DNA of 64,000 nt from Guillardia theta CCMP2712 (lineage: Eukaryota > Protista > Cryptophyta). Position numbers and translations under genes: made by a program. Location of the stretch: the NCBI RefSeq assembly GCF_000315625.1, contig NW_005434668.1, forward strand, positions 1,096,981 to 1,160,980, in the 5' to 3' direction. Below the pieces are notes generated by a model that saw only the letters and a program-made list of their open reading frames with translations, did no database searches and was not told the origin of the DNA. The number at the start of each line of letters is the position of its first letter. Within the stretch, counting starts at the first letter, position 1. Shown here one piece after another: positions 49,549-61,600 of the stretch.

Positions 49549-50650
49549 CTATGGTTTTAAACTAATGGTCTTTGCACGCTTATGGCGACAAAACTTACAG
49601 GTACGAATCTCGTTGTTGCACTGAGGAATGGTGTAATCTGATGACGATTCAATTTCTGAATACCACGAAAACAAGTCAGCACGGAGTTTTTCAGAAAGCA
49701 ATAACTCACAAGAGATCTGAGATTGGATCCTTTGCGGCAATCTTCTCATGGGAATTCTTTCCTGTGCAAGTAGAACAATCGCACATACTATCTCCACTAA
49801 GGCTGGCAAGGTTGTGGGGTTGAATGTCAGATGTTTCTAGAACCCAGGCCATGGATTCTTCTGAAGCGAGGCTATCTTCATTGTCTCCCACTTTCCTTGC
49901 GATGTCGTAAATATTCTCCTGACTGTGAGTTTCCGAGTCTGCTAAAGTCTGATTCAATTCTCCAAACGTGGCCATCGAGTCTTCGCTAGATGCGAAACTT
50001 TTTCCAGATTGCTGCTCTGTATTTTGACCAAGGTACGCATTTTCCTTCTCATCTACATGATGAAGAGTCTCTCGGGCCTTCCTATGTTTTGATTTGAAAT
50101 GCCTTGTCCGCGAACGAAATTTGCGCTTGCCTTGATATCTCTGAATGACGTTGCGTTGATTTAATTCCGTCAAATCAATGCTGCAGTTTTCTTCGTTAAG
50201 TTTCCATGCAAATTTCCGATTTCCTCTAATGTTTACATGATGGTCGCGGTCAAGCAGATGGATATGCACGTCTCTTCCTTCGTATAACACCAAAGACCAA
50301 CCTCTCGTTACCAACCCACGACCATTCGGATTCTTGACCTTCCCATCTGATACTTCCAAAACAACTCCTGCTGACCATCCATCTGTCTCTGGAGACCACT
50401 TTTTGTCCCATTTGACGCAGACCTGTGATCCTTTGGAGACTACAAATTCATTCTGCACGTCACGTGCTCGGTGAGTTGTGAAGGCATGCTTCAATTCATC
50501 ACAGTCTTCTCCACCCTGATCATAACCTTTTACCCCTTCTGCCGATGTTTCATGTGAGAGACTGAAGGGTTCGAAGCTTTCTGCCATCTCCTTTCTCTCC
50601 TTAGCAGCCTCTGCAAGCTTCTCTGTCGTGCCCTTGACTGCGACTGCCAT
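49549..50650 (-). CDS. Hypothetical protein with Tudor/SH3-like segment
   Basis: Long, lower-GC ORF containing GSQVCVKWDKKW..WSAGVVLEV..WSLVLYE. A Cys-containing C-terminus is probably completed by splicing. Confidence 0.5.
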
Positions 50651-50689
50651 GAAGCGAATTCCGAACACAAACTAATAAACATGACCCTC

Positions 50690-50900
50690 AATTGACTACC
50701 CCAACAATGACATCCACTACCGGTACTTTTTACCTTTCTTAACCCCAAGATTCAGCTAACCCTACCCTACTTTTGGAAGAAGGTCATCATCGTAGGCGTG
50801 CTACCCCTACCGGGTACTGGAACCATGCAAAATAGGGTACGTGGTATCAATGATACCGGTTACTTTATCACAATATTTGGGGGTAGGGGTAACAATATAA
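50690..50900. promoter_or_regulatory. GGGT/ACCC motif cluster in divergent intergenic region upstream of LeuRS
   Basis: taaccctaccctact, tacccctaccgggtac, agggtacg and gggggtaggggtaac. Confidence 0.45.
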
Positions 50901-51117
50901 TCTTCATCAGGAACTTTTGAGAGGCCCCGAAAAGAGCTGGTAGGTTTGGAGGAGAAGTACGAACTATTGACGGTATAGGAACTTGTTTTTGTAAACCAAA
51001 CCCTCTCTAACTAAACCTAAACTAATCCTGTTGTTCGATAGAGTAGTGGGGCCATGGCGGTGGAACGGACGCAATGGCTACCAGTCGGAGTGTAACGACA
51101 AACAGAAGACGAGAACA

Positions 51118-54100
51118 ATGCAACTTGGAGGAGAAGAAGAAACAAATGACACTGACCGTTGTGTCCCCAAAAGAAGAGTGGGAATAACGTCGATTTTATC
51201 CTTCCTAGCACTTGTTTTGGCCTCTTGCGAAGCATCGTGGACCTCAAATACGCCTGTTGCCCTTGCTTCGAGAGGATCAAGCAGTTTAAGCTTGAGACTT
51301 CGAGGAGGAGCTGAAGGACAAAAAGAAAAACTTTCAGACAAGGAGGATCCTGTTTTTGAGGCCAGTTCAAAGTCAAGCTTTGCCAAGAGAGATAAGCTCC
51401 TGGAACTACAGAAGGAAGCACAAGCAAGATGGAAACGCGAGAAGGCACGCGATCTTGATTCTTTTGTTCATCTTATAGATGATATTGCTTTTAGGTGTTT
51501 GAAGCAGATTCACCTGATCAGAAAGACATCCAAAAATTCTTCGTAACATTTCCGTAATGCATATATGCAACACTTCCCGGCTTCGCTAACTACATGGATT
51601 GTAGATATCCGTACATGAATGGGCTCTTGCACTTGGGACATGCCTTTTCATTGTGAGATCGATTCTCTCTCAACTTTTTGCAACGTTGTTTGGTGGGAAT
51701 GATTCCGAGTTCTTTAGAACGAAAGCGGAGTTCGCAGTAGGATATTACAGATTGAAAGGTTTTCTCTGCCTTTGGCCATTTGGCTTTCATTGTACAGGTT
51801 TGTCATCTCCCCTCATGGATTTGATCATCAAAGATATGGGCAGCAATAACATCGTAAAAACAGGAATGCCCATCCAAGCTGCTGCAAATCTACTGAAACA
51901 GGAACTGGGAGAAAGCGGTGGGCATTAAACCTCGTTTCACAAGAGATGCACGATTGTCATGCTCGGATATCTGCAGGTTGTCAATCGGATCTGGCTTCGG
52001 TTGGAAAGCAAAATACTTCGACGAGTGCAGGTTGAAAACGGATTTGATCTTTTGAAAGTTCTGAATTCTATTTGACGCAGGGAAATCAAAGAGTCAGCGT
52101 CAGGTTCAACCCCCGTGTATTTATGCTCGGCCACTCAGAAGTAGCCCCAGGTTTTGTTGAGCATGGGGATCCCAGAGGAACAAATTTCACTGTTTACAAA
52201 TGCGTCTCATTGGTTGGAATACTTTCCTCCAAAGGTGAAGGTGGCAGGAAAAGAAATGAGCGGAGCTGAGATATGACAGGCCAAAAGAGATTTACAAGAG
52301 ATGGGTCTCAAGATAGATTGGCGAAGATCATTCATTACGACTGAGGTTTGATTTCTAGCATCTGCATAAGTGCTTGCTGCAGTACCTGCCTGACTAGATA
52401 TCAGGCTTCTCCGTGGTACGACGCTTTCATCAAATGGCAATTCAGAAGGCTTCAGGTCTGCGAACCTGAGCTATCATTTCGTCCAACTTTCTCGTCCTCT
52501 CCTGAGATTTGAAATGCAGTCTCTGGACAAGATCAAATTTGGAAAGAGACATTCAATCTATTCGCCTTTGGACAAGCAGATCTGCGCAGATCATGATCGA
52601 GCGGTCGGGGAGGGAGTCTGTCCGCAATCTTATACGCTGATCAAGATGAAAGTAAGTTTCTTTTGAATGACGTAACACTTGCGGTGACATTGTACAAAAC
52701 AAGTTGTTGGACACATCCAACAAAGTGTTTGAGAACATCTCTTCCTACGACATATACCTGCTTGCCGCAACCTTGAGACCAGAAACAATTTATGCACAGA
52801 CAAACTGTTGGGTCCTTCCACATGACAAAGATGGTAACGACGTGACATACGGGTGCTATCGCTCGCATGTTGCCAACGAGCTGTTCATTGTCGGCGATCA
52901 TGCGGCTCGCAACATGGCGTTCCAGGGTTTGAGTCCCTCCTTTGGCGTCTCTGAATGCGTCGCAAGAATCCGAGGACAGGACCTCCTAGGGCTGAGAGTT
53001 GCTTCTCCCATCAGCCGTTTGGGAGAGCTTCGCATTTTTCCTCTCCTCAACATCTTCATGGACAAGGGGACAGGAATCGTAGCTTGTGTTCCTTCCGTTT
53101 CTCCCGAGGACCACATCGCCCTGCGTGACCTCGAGGCGAAGCCTAAATTTCGTGCCAAGTATGGGATCGAGGATAGCTGGATGGAGGGGCTGCGATCGGA
53201 CACTGTCATCATGGCCCCGTACAAGAAGGATAAGGGGGGAGACAAGGAGGAGGAGGAGGAGAAGTGCGAGTGCATTGCTGAGCGAGCGTGTGAGGAATTC
53301 AAAGTTGCATCGCAGAACGACAGGAATTCACTTGAAATGGCCAAAATCAAAGCATACAAGATCAGTCTCAACGACGGCTCAATGACAGCCGGTCCCTTCG
53401 CTGGTCAACGAGTGAAAGATGTGAAAAATCTGATCAGAGATCAATTCATTGCAGAGAATTTGGCGTATGATTTCTCGGAACCAGAATCAAAGGTGAGGAT
53501 GAGGCGATGGTTGATCTGTGTGACATGATGGAGAAAATATATGATAATGACGACCAAGACAGCAATGACGACCAAATTGAGAAGTAGGAAGAAGAGGAAG
53601 AAGAGAGAGGATGGAAATGACGATGGCGATGATAATGATGATGACGATGGTGTTGACGATAATGATGAAGATGACGATGACGATGATCAGGTGATCTCGA
53701 GGACTGGAGATACGTGTGTCGTGGCTCTTACCGACCAGTGGTATTTGAACTACGGCGAAAAGAAATGGAAGGCGCAGGCAAGTAGATTGGAGAAGTTTCT
53801 TCACTTCTACAACTCCTTTCCTTCCTTCCCTCCTCCTCCTCCTCCTTTCCCTCCACCCCCCTCCCCCCTCTCCATCCCCCCTTGCCGATCCCTCGTCGCT
53901 GCTGTCTCCTTCTCCCCTTACACGTCTTCCCACCTGCTCACCTGCTCACCTGCTCCTTCGCTTCTGCTCAACATTCCACTCATCCTTCCTTCCTCATCAT
54001 CTCAAACCCACTGGCACAGGTGGAGCAGCACATCAGACAGGAGATGGAATTCTTCAGCTCAGACACCAGAGGACGCTTCCTCTCCGCCATCGACTGGCTG

Positions 54101-57100
54101 GAGGACTGGGGCTGCTCGCGCTCCTTTGGACTGGGAACGAAACTGCCGTGGGACGAGACTCAGGTCATCGAGTCGCTCTCCGACTCGTCCATCTACATGT
54201 CATTCTACGCCATTGCGCACCTGGTCTCGTCGTCCTCCCTCCTCAATGATGGCGATGAGGGTGCAAGCGCAGGAGCTGGAGCAGGAGGCAAGGTTGATAT
54301 AGACCCTCACCTGGTCCCTGACGAGGAGTGGGATTACATCTTCCTGGATGCTCGCATGCCGGACCAGACTGTCATCCCGCAGGAACGGCTGAAGATGATG
54401 AGGACAGAGTTCAGATTCTGGTACCCGGTCGACCTAAGGGTGTCGGGCAAGGACTTGATTCAGAACCACCTTCTCTTCTTCCTCTACAACCACATCGCTA
54501 TCTTCCCGCCTGAGCGCTGGCCGAGGGCTGTTCGCACCAACGGGCATGTCATGCTCAACAATGACAAGATGTCAAAGTCCACGGGCAACTTCCTGACGCT
54601 GCGCGAGGCTGTCGACCTTTACTCGGCTGACGGGATGAGATTTGCCCTCGCCTGTGCAGGAGATGCAAACGAAGATGCGAACTTCGAGCATTCAGTTGCC
54701 AACTCCGCTATCTTGAAGCTCACGTAATGATGCGCTACATCAGTTCGTTCTCGTCTTGATGACAGCGTTCACCCTCCCTCCCTCCCTCCCTCCCTCCCTC
54801 CCTCCCTCTCACTTGCCTTCCTCCCCTTCCCTCCCTCCCCTTCCCTCCCTCCCTCCCTCTCCCTCCCTCCCTCCCTCTTTCCCTCCCTCCCTTCTCCTAC
54901 TTTCCCTCCCTCTTTCCCTCCTGTTCATTCTTCCTACTTGGCCCCCTGAGTTTTTTGGCAGGAATGCGTTGAGATTTTTTGAGACTTCAGTTGCGCTGCT
55001 AAAGGTGAGCCAAGAATTCCATGTCTTGACCATCACATCACAGCACACCACATCACATCACATCACATCACATCACATCACATCACATCACATCACATCA
55101 CATCACATCACATCACATCTTCTTCCGTTTGTTTCCGTTCCCTTCGTCTGCTGCTTCTCAGCTCTCTTCCCTCTGCCCTCGTTTCGACCCATCTCAACTC
55201 ACCTGATCTCACCAACTTCGTCAGGGAGAGAGCGGAGAGAAAGATTACACAATTCGCGATGAACCAGAAAGTCTCCACCTTGCCGATCGCATTTTCAGCA
55301 ACGAGCTAGCAAGGTCTGCGAACATGATTGTTCATCTTTCACCTGAGTATGAACTTGTCAGGTACGCACGGATGGCAGACAACCACTATGCAAAGCAACA
55401 GTTTCGAGATGCTCTGATCTGCGGCTTTGACCTTCTGCTAGGCGCAAGAGACAGGTCAAACTCATCGCGCCCCTCGTTACTTGTGATGTCAACCCGTACA
55501 GGTATCGCAACATGGTGCGAGCCATGCACGATGGCGGCTATCTGAAAGATCTCCTCCTCCGCTTCCTTCAGTACCACACCGTCCTCATCGCCCCCATTTG
55601 TCCGCATTACGCTGAGCACGTCTGGTCGATGCTCGGTGTGAAGCAGAGCTTGTAATGGGAGGTGACTGAGATGGCAGGAAACGCGGATAGTGTGATGCAT
55701 GCAAGATGGCCTGAAGTCAAAGAAGAAGATGCAGGTGCGGGGAGCAAGTTGGGTTGTCGTCAGATGCCTTAGGTCGAGGTGACATGGGCTGGGAAATCTG
55801 TGAATGTGCTATGATTTCGACGAGTGAGATGAGCTGAGAAGTGTCTTTTTGTGTTATTTTGTTGACCAGTGCCATGTCGTCATGTTGACATTTGACATGT
55901 CTATCAGCACTTACCAGAATGACCAACTACATCGACAAGCTCGTCGTTGAGCTAAGTGAGACTGTACGACCGCGCCAGCAGCTGGTTGACTGGGATCATG
56001 TCAGGGTTGCAAGTGGAGAAGATGAGCAAGAAGCAGAAGGTTGAAGCCGTGGAGATTTTCATCTCTACCTCCTGCTCCCCCTGGCAGGTCACTTGCTTAG
56101 AGGTAACCTCCTCCTCCTCCTCCTCCTCCTCCTCCTCCTCCTCCTCCTCCTCCTCCTCCTCCTCCTCCTCCTCCTCTCCCTTTCAAGTTGTCGATTATGG
56201 TGTCCTTGTTCACTCAAGACCCCTCTGCTGATACACTTGTATTGTGATATTCTGTGATGTACTTGTATGGTGATATCCTGATGTAGGTATATTGTGATAT
56301 TCTGATGTAGCTGTGTTGTGATATCCTGAGTTACTTGTATGGTGATATCCTGATGTACGTGTATGGTGATATTCTGATGTACTTGTATTGTGATATCCTG
56401 ATGTAGATATATTGTGATATCCTGGTGAAGATGTATTGTGATATCTTGGTGAAGATATATTGTGATATCCTGATGTAGATATATTGTGATATCCTGATGT
56501 AGATATATTGTGATATCTTGGTGAAGATGTATTGTGATGTATTCCGACATCCTTGTAACATGCATCTCAGATTCTTCGTAATCACTTAAAGGATGGGAAA
56601 TCGTTCGACAAAGAATTCAAGAAAAGCCTGCTGAAACACCCTGACTTGCACAATCTGAGCAAGGCCGAGGTCCTCCTCCCTCCTTCTCCTCCCTACTCCT
56701 TCTCCTCCATCCTCCATCTCCTCCCTCCTCCCTCCTCCTTCTCCTCCCTTCTCCTTCTCCTCCCTTCTCTTCTAGTTACACTTCCTGCTGTTCCTCTCCC
56801 CTGACGCCGTTACCCCTTGCAGACGAAAAAAGTCTTGCCTTTCGTGCAGTTCCGCATCGACGAGTTTGAGCAGAGGGGGGAAGAGGTAAGAAATTCTTCC
56901 CCTCCTCCTCAAGGGATTGACTTTGCCTGCAGGCCTTCGAGGACGGGGTTCCCTTTGAGGAGGAGGCAGTTGTGCAGGAACTGACCTCCTTCCTCCTATC
57001 GGAACTTCCGCTCTCCTCTGTCAAGGTGTGCGACTCCTCCTAACTCTCCTTCTCCCTCCCCTTGCCTGTCTTTACTTTTCCCCTCCTCCTCGTCCCTTCT

Positions 57101-57333
57101 CCTCGCTCTGCGCGCCTGCGTCCGCCATCCACGACCTTGCTTTTATCCTCCTTTCCCCCTCCCGTTCCCTTCCGTCTTCTTCCCTTCTTTCCTGTTCTTC
57201 CCTCCTCTTCCTCCCCCTCCTCTGCTCCTCTCGATGTCCGTGAACGAGGAAGCAGGTCGTGAGATGGCAGGAAGAGCATCAGCAGCTGGTTGAGCGACCG
57301 CTGCCTGGAACTCCTTCCTTCCACTTCTCGTGA
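51118..57333 (+). CDS. LARS: Leucyl-tRNA synthetase, eukaryotic cytosolic type, with bipartite presequence
   Basis: [23 protein letters not shown] (HIGH motif), [34 protein letters not shown] (CP1), [30 protein letters not shown] and [10 protein letters not shown]-terminal hydrophobic [14 protein letters not shown] followed by LRLRGG. Confidence 0.97.
55033..55098. repeat. (CACAT)n microsatellite in a LeuRS intron
   Basis: Direct pentanucleotide repeat. Confidence 0.9.
56234..56545. repeat. 24-bp minisatellite (about ATTGTGATATCCTGATGTAGATAT), roughly 12-13 copies, in a LeuRS intron
   Basis: Tandem copies visible directly. The antisense translation repeats HQDITIYL. Confidence 0.92.
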
Positions 57334-57496
57334 GTTCTTGAGGAAATGGAGACTAGGACGAGGAAGAAGAGGTGGGGGAAAGAGGGGGAAGAGGAAGAAG
57401 AGGCGGAGGGGGGAGAGTAAGAAGAGGGAGAAGGGGGGCGGGGGGGGGGGGGGGGGCCTCCCGTGTAGATATGAAAAGACAATTTCAAGTAAAAAT

Positions 57497-58471
57497 ATCA
57501 ACCACGTCTCTCCTTGACACCCTCCACTGTCACAAAGAACCTCCTCCTCCTCCTCCTCCTCCTCCTCCTCCTCCTCCACCACCACCACCACCACCTCTAC
57601 CCACTCTACGCTCCTTCCTCTATCGTTCTCTTCTGTCATCCTGCCTCCTCCACCCTTGATCCTCCTCCCCTAGTTCTCGTCGTCCTCGTTGTCGGATACC
57701 GCACATGCGTCTGCTCCCTTCGCCTGCTGCCTCTTGCAGTAGTCCAGCAAATGATTCCTGTCCACCTCCCGCAAGCCCTCCGCCACTTGCTCAGCAAAAT
57801 CCATGCCCTGATTCAGCAGTCAGCTCCTCCTCCACTACCACCACTTCTCGTCCTCCTCCCCCTCCCCCTCCCCCTCCTCCTCCTCCTTCTCCTCTCATTC
57901 TTCCCATGAACTCCTTTCCCATCCGCCTCCTTCCTCCTCCCCCTCTCTCGCTCTGACCTCGTACAGTCGGAGCAGGTGGATGATGGCGCGTTGGGAGTTA
58001 GCGGCGACCTGACTGTCCTTGTCGCGCAGGGAGGCGAAGACGGGACCAGAGGCAAACTGAAACATCTCCATGCCGAGTCGATCGATTTGCTGCAATCGAC
58101 TTAGAGGCTGGAGGAGGAGGAGGAGGAGGAGGAGGAGGAGGAGGAGGCGGGGGGGGAGGGGGATTGGAGGGATGTCTTGATGGAGGAGGATTTGGGAGGT
58201 TGTGCGGGGGGAGGGGGGTAAAAAGGAAAGAGGGGGGAGACTTACGACAATCCTGCAGGCAAGTTTGAGCTCCACCAGCGCCTGTGCCTTCACTTCCGGG
58301 CTGCTGTCGCTCACAAGCTGCACCAGCCAGCGCCAGAGCTGCTGCTCGACCACCTGCTGCTCCGCATGCGAGAGGAGGAAGCGAAGAGCTCCTCCGATCA
58401 CCTGCCAGGCATGAGCGCCAGACAGAATAAGGACCAGCAAGGGCAGAAGGACTGGGAGAAGGAGGATGAAG

Positions 58472-58512
<41 letters not shown>

Positions 58513-58513
58513 T

Positions 58514-58544
<31 letters not shown>

Positions 58545-58560
58545 GGGATGGGGACGAGGA

Positions 58561-58592
<32 letters not shown>

Positions 58593-58628
58593 AGGATAAG
58601 GACGAGGACGAGGACGAGGATAAGGACA

Positions 58629-58662
<34 letters not shown>

Positions 58663-61600
58663 AGGAGGGTGGTCACACCTTTGCAGCTGCTTCTCTTACT
58701 GGCACTCTATCGTCACCGACAATGGTCTGCACTGACAGTCAGAGGAGGAGAAAAGAAAAGAAAAGAAAAGAAAAGAAAAGAAAAGAAAAGAAGAGGAAAG
58801 ATATGGACCGCGCAGGAGAAGTGCGAGCAGCAGCAGCAAGAGGAGGAAGAAGTTGAGGCGCAGCGGCAGCAGCAAGATGAAAAGGAGGAGGAGGAGGAGT
58901 AGGAGGAGGAGCAGCAGCAGCAGCAGTCGCTCACCTTGAACCTCCCGGTCACCTTGACAACCTGAGGCACAGCAGCCGCGCGTCCCCCGAGGAGGAGATG
59001 CTTCAAGAGCGCGGCGAGCGCGAGAGCCTTCCCGTGCCTCTTGGTCCACTCGGTCTCAGCCTGCAGCAGCTCCTCCAGCTCCTCATCCAGCTTCCCTTCC
59101 TCACTGCTCGCAGCGTGCGCGCCCATGGCGGCAGCTGTGGCGGAACGGACGTCCTCGTCGTCGCTGCGCATGAGCTCGAGGAGGAGGGAGACGACGTTGG
59201 CGATGACGGGAGGGGAGGCGGAGGCGCTGGCTCTGCCCAGCACGACCTCGAGAGCCTCGATGAAGCTGAGCTGGACTCCTCCCTCGTTACTCTTGGCTCC
59301 CGCCAGCAGGTCGTTGAGCAGGGGGTCGACACGGGGGCTCATGCGGACAAGGAAGGACAGAGCGCGAATGGCGCGTCCTCGCACGACCTTGTTGGGCTCG
59401 GAGAGCGACTTGACGAAGGTGGTCTGCAGCTGGGGGAGGAAAGGCTTCATCATGATCCCTCCCTTGACGAGGAGGAGGGAGAGAGTCTTGAGAATCGCGC
59501 TCTTGACCTGCCAGGGAAACCTGTCCCCAATGATGCGAATCAGAGGGCCCGACATCTGTACCACCATCGGCTTCAGCGCCGCCTCTCCCGTTGCCTGCAC
59601 CAGGATCCCCAGCCCTGCCGCTGCCTGCTCGCGCAGCTCGGGGGTCGACCCGTGCATGAGCGCCTGGAGGAAGAAGGGGAGGAGAGGGGCGAGGCCCTTG
59701 GTGCGGTTGAACCCGGGGACTCCAGTAGGAGGAGCCACGGCAGCAAGGGACTTGACCTCCTCGAACACAAGACCGACGTACTCCGAGCAGCTGACTGCTG
59801 GCGCCTTGTCGTCCTCCTCCTTGTCTGCTCGCTCCATCGCTGCTGTGAACGCGAGCAAGGCAGCATGTGCCTGCACCTGCACGGCCTCCTCTTCGTCGCC
59901 AAACAGATGCACCAGCGACCGCACGATCTCCGCCTTGTGATCCTCGTACTCGTGCTGCGTGCCAGCGCAGAAGGCTCGGAGGAGGCGAGCGGCACTGGCC
60001 CGCGTCTGTGCTGTCGTCACGTCCTCCAGGCGGCGCAGCAGCTCCAGCAGCATCATGCGAACGCCGTCCTGAGTGACAGCCAGCACCACCTTCTCGGCTG
60101 ACAGGGCGATCGACTCCGGGTCGTCTCCGTCCACCATCCCGTCGCACAGGGCGGAGAGGATGGTGGGGATCTTGGACGACAAGGCGTCTCCTGCCACTCC
60201 AGCCAGCGCCCCGAGGGCCTTGGCGTTGGACGCGGACATGGGAGGGGCGGCAAGCTGCGGGATGAGGAAGGGGAGGACGATCTTGCCGCGGACTGAGAGG
60301 AGCTGGCGGAGGCCCTCGAGGGAGTTGGACGCCTCGTCCTCGAGGTCGGTAAGCAGAGCAGGAACGATGTCCTCGATCGCTCGCTGCCCAATGGCCTTGA
60401 ACAGGGCGTCGAAGGCTCTGCCGGACGCCACGCGCACATCCCTGTCCCTGTCGCAGAGGGCCTGGCGGACAGTCAGGATGAGCTCGTCCATGTGCTGGAG
60501 GATCTGCTGCTTCTGGCAGTTGGCGATGACTTCGGAGAGTCCGAGGCAGACTCCGGCTCTCTCCAGCTCGTCCTCTGCCTCCAGGCTCCTCTGCAGGATG
60601 GGGATCACGTCGTGCAGGACGCGGTCGCCCAGCTTGCCCACCATCTCTCCCATCGACCTCCCGGCCACGAACTTCCTCTCCTCTGACTTGCTCGACAGGC
60701 AGCGGATAAGAGTGTCCATCAGCGTCCTCAGGATGTTCTTCAGCGTTCGCAGCTGCGACTGCACCACCGACTTCCACACCTGGAAGCTTGCAGAGCACAC
60801 GGACTGATTCACGTCCGAACGCAGCATGTAGACAGCAGCAAGCAGCACGTTGCATCGCTCCTCCCCGAGCACCTCCGCGATCTTCGCCTCGCTGTTCTTG
60901 TCCCCCGTCCCCTCGTCCGAGTCCTCCACGGTCCCGCTTGAGTAGATCTTCCAGTTCCTCCCTGTGATCTTTGACAGCACGTCTCCCAGCAGCTGCACTG
61001 ACGACGATCGGATGCGCCAGGCCTCGTCGAACAGCCCGCGCTCGATGGCGGGCAGCACCAGGGGCATGGCAGTGTCGGCGAAGTGATCGACCACGTTGTG
61101 TCCAGCCTTGAGGGCCACCTGCCGCACGGAGTCGCTCTCGTCGGCGAGCCCGGACAGGATGGCCGGGAGGATGCGAGGGATGAAGGATTCCAGACTCTCC
61201 CCCATCGTGTTCGGGAGCGCAGAGAGCAGCATGAAGTATCCCTCCCGCACATGCGCGGCCTTCGCCTTGCACTGCACCAGCACCTCCTCCAAGATCCCCT
61301 CCAGCCGATCCGTCGGGCAGGAGCCGAGGACCTCGGACAGACCCAACGCTGCTCCTCCTCGCTCCACCACGCTTTGGTCGGACTTCATTGTTGCAAGGAG
61401 GTACCTCTCCAGCTCCTCGTAGTCCTTGTCGTCCATGCTCTTCACCAGCGACCCGAGCGCCTTAGAGGCTGTGCTCCTCATATCGGGCGAGGGATCCAGG
61501 ATCGAGTTCTTGACGATGGGCAGGATCTCCGGCAGGTACGGCGCTACGTCCTTGGGGTCCGCCACCAGGTTGCACATGTTGCCGACGATGGTCGCTGCCT

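Noticed and set aside
56089-56585. ORFs with HQDITIYL / ISQYIYIR repeats
   Set aside because: They are antisense translations of a 24-bp minisatellite within a LeuRS intron.
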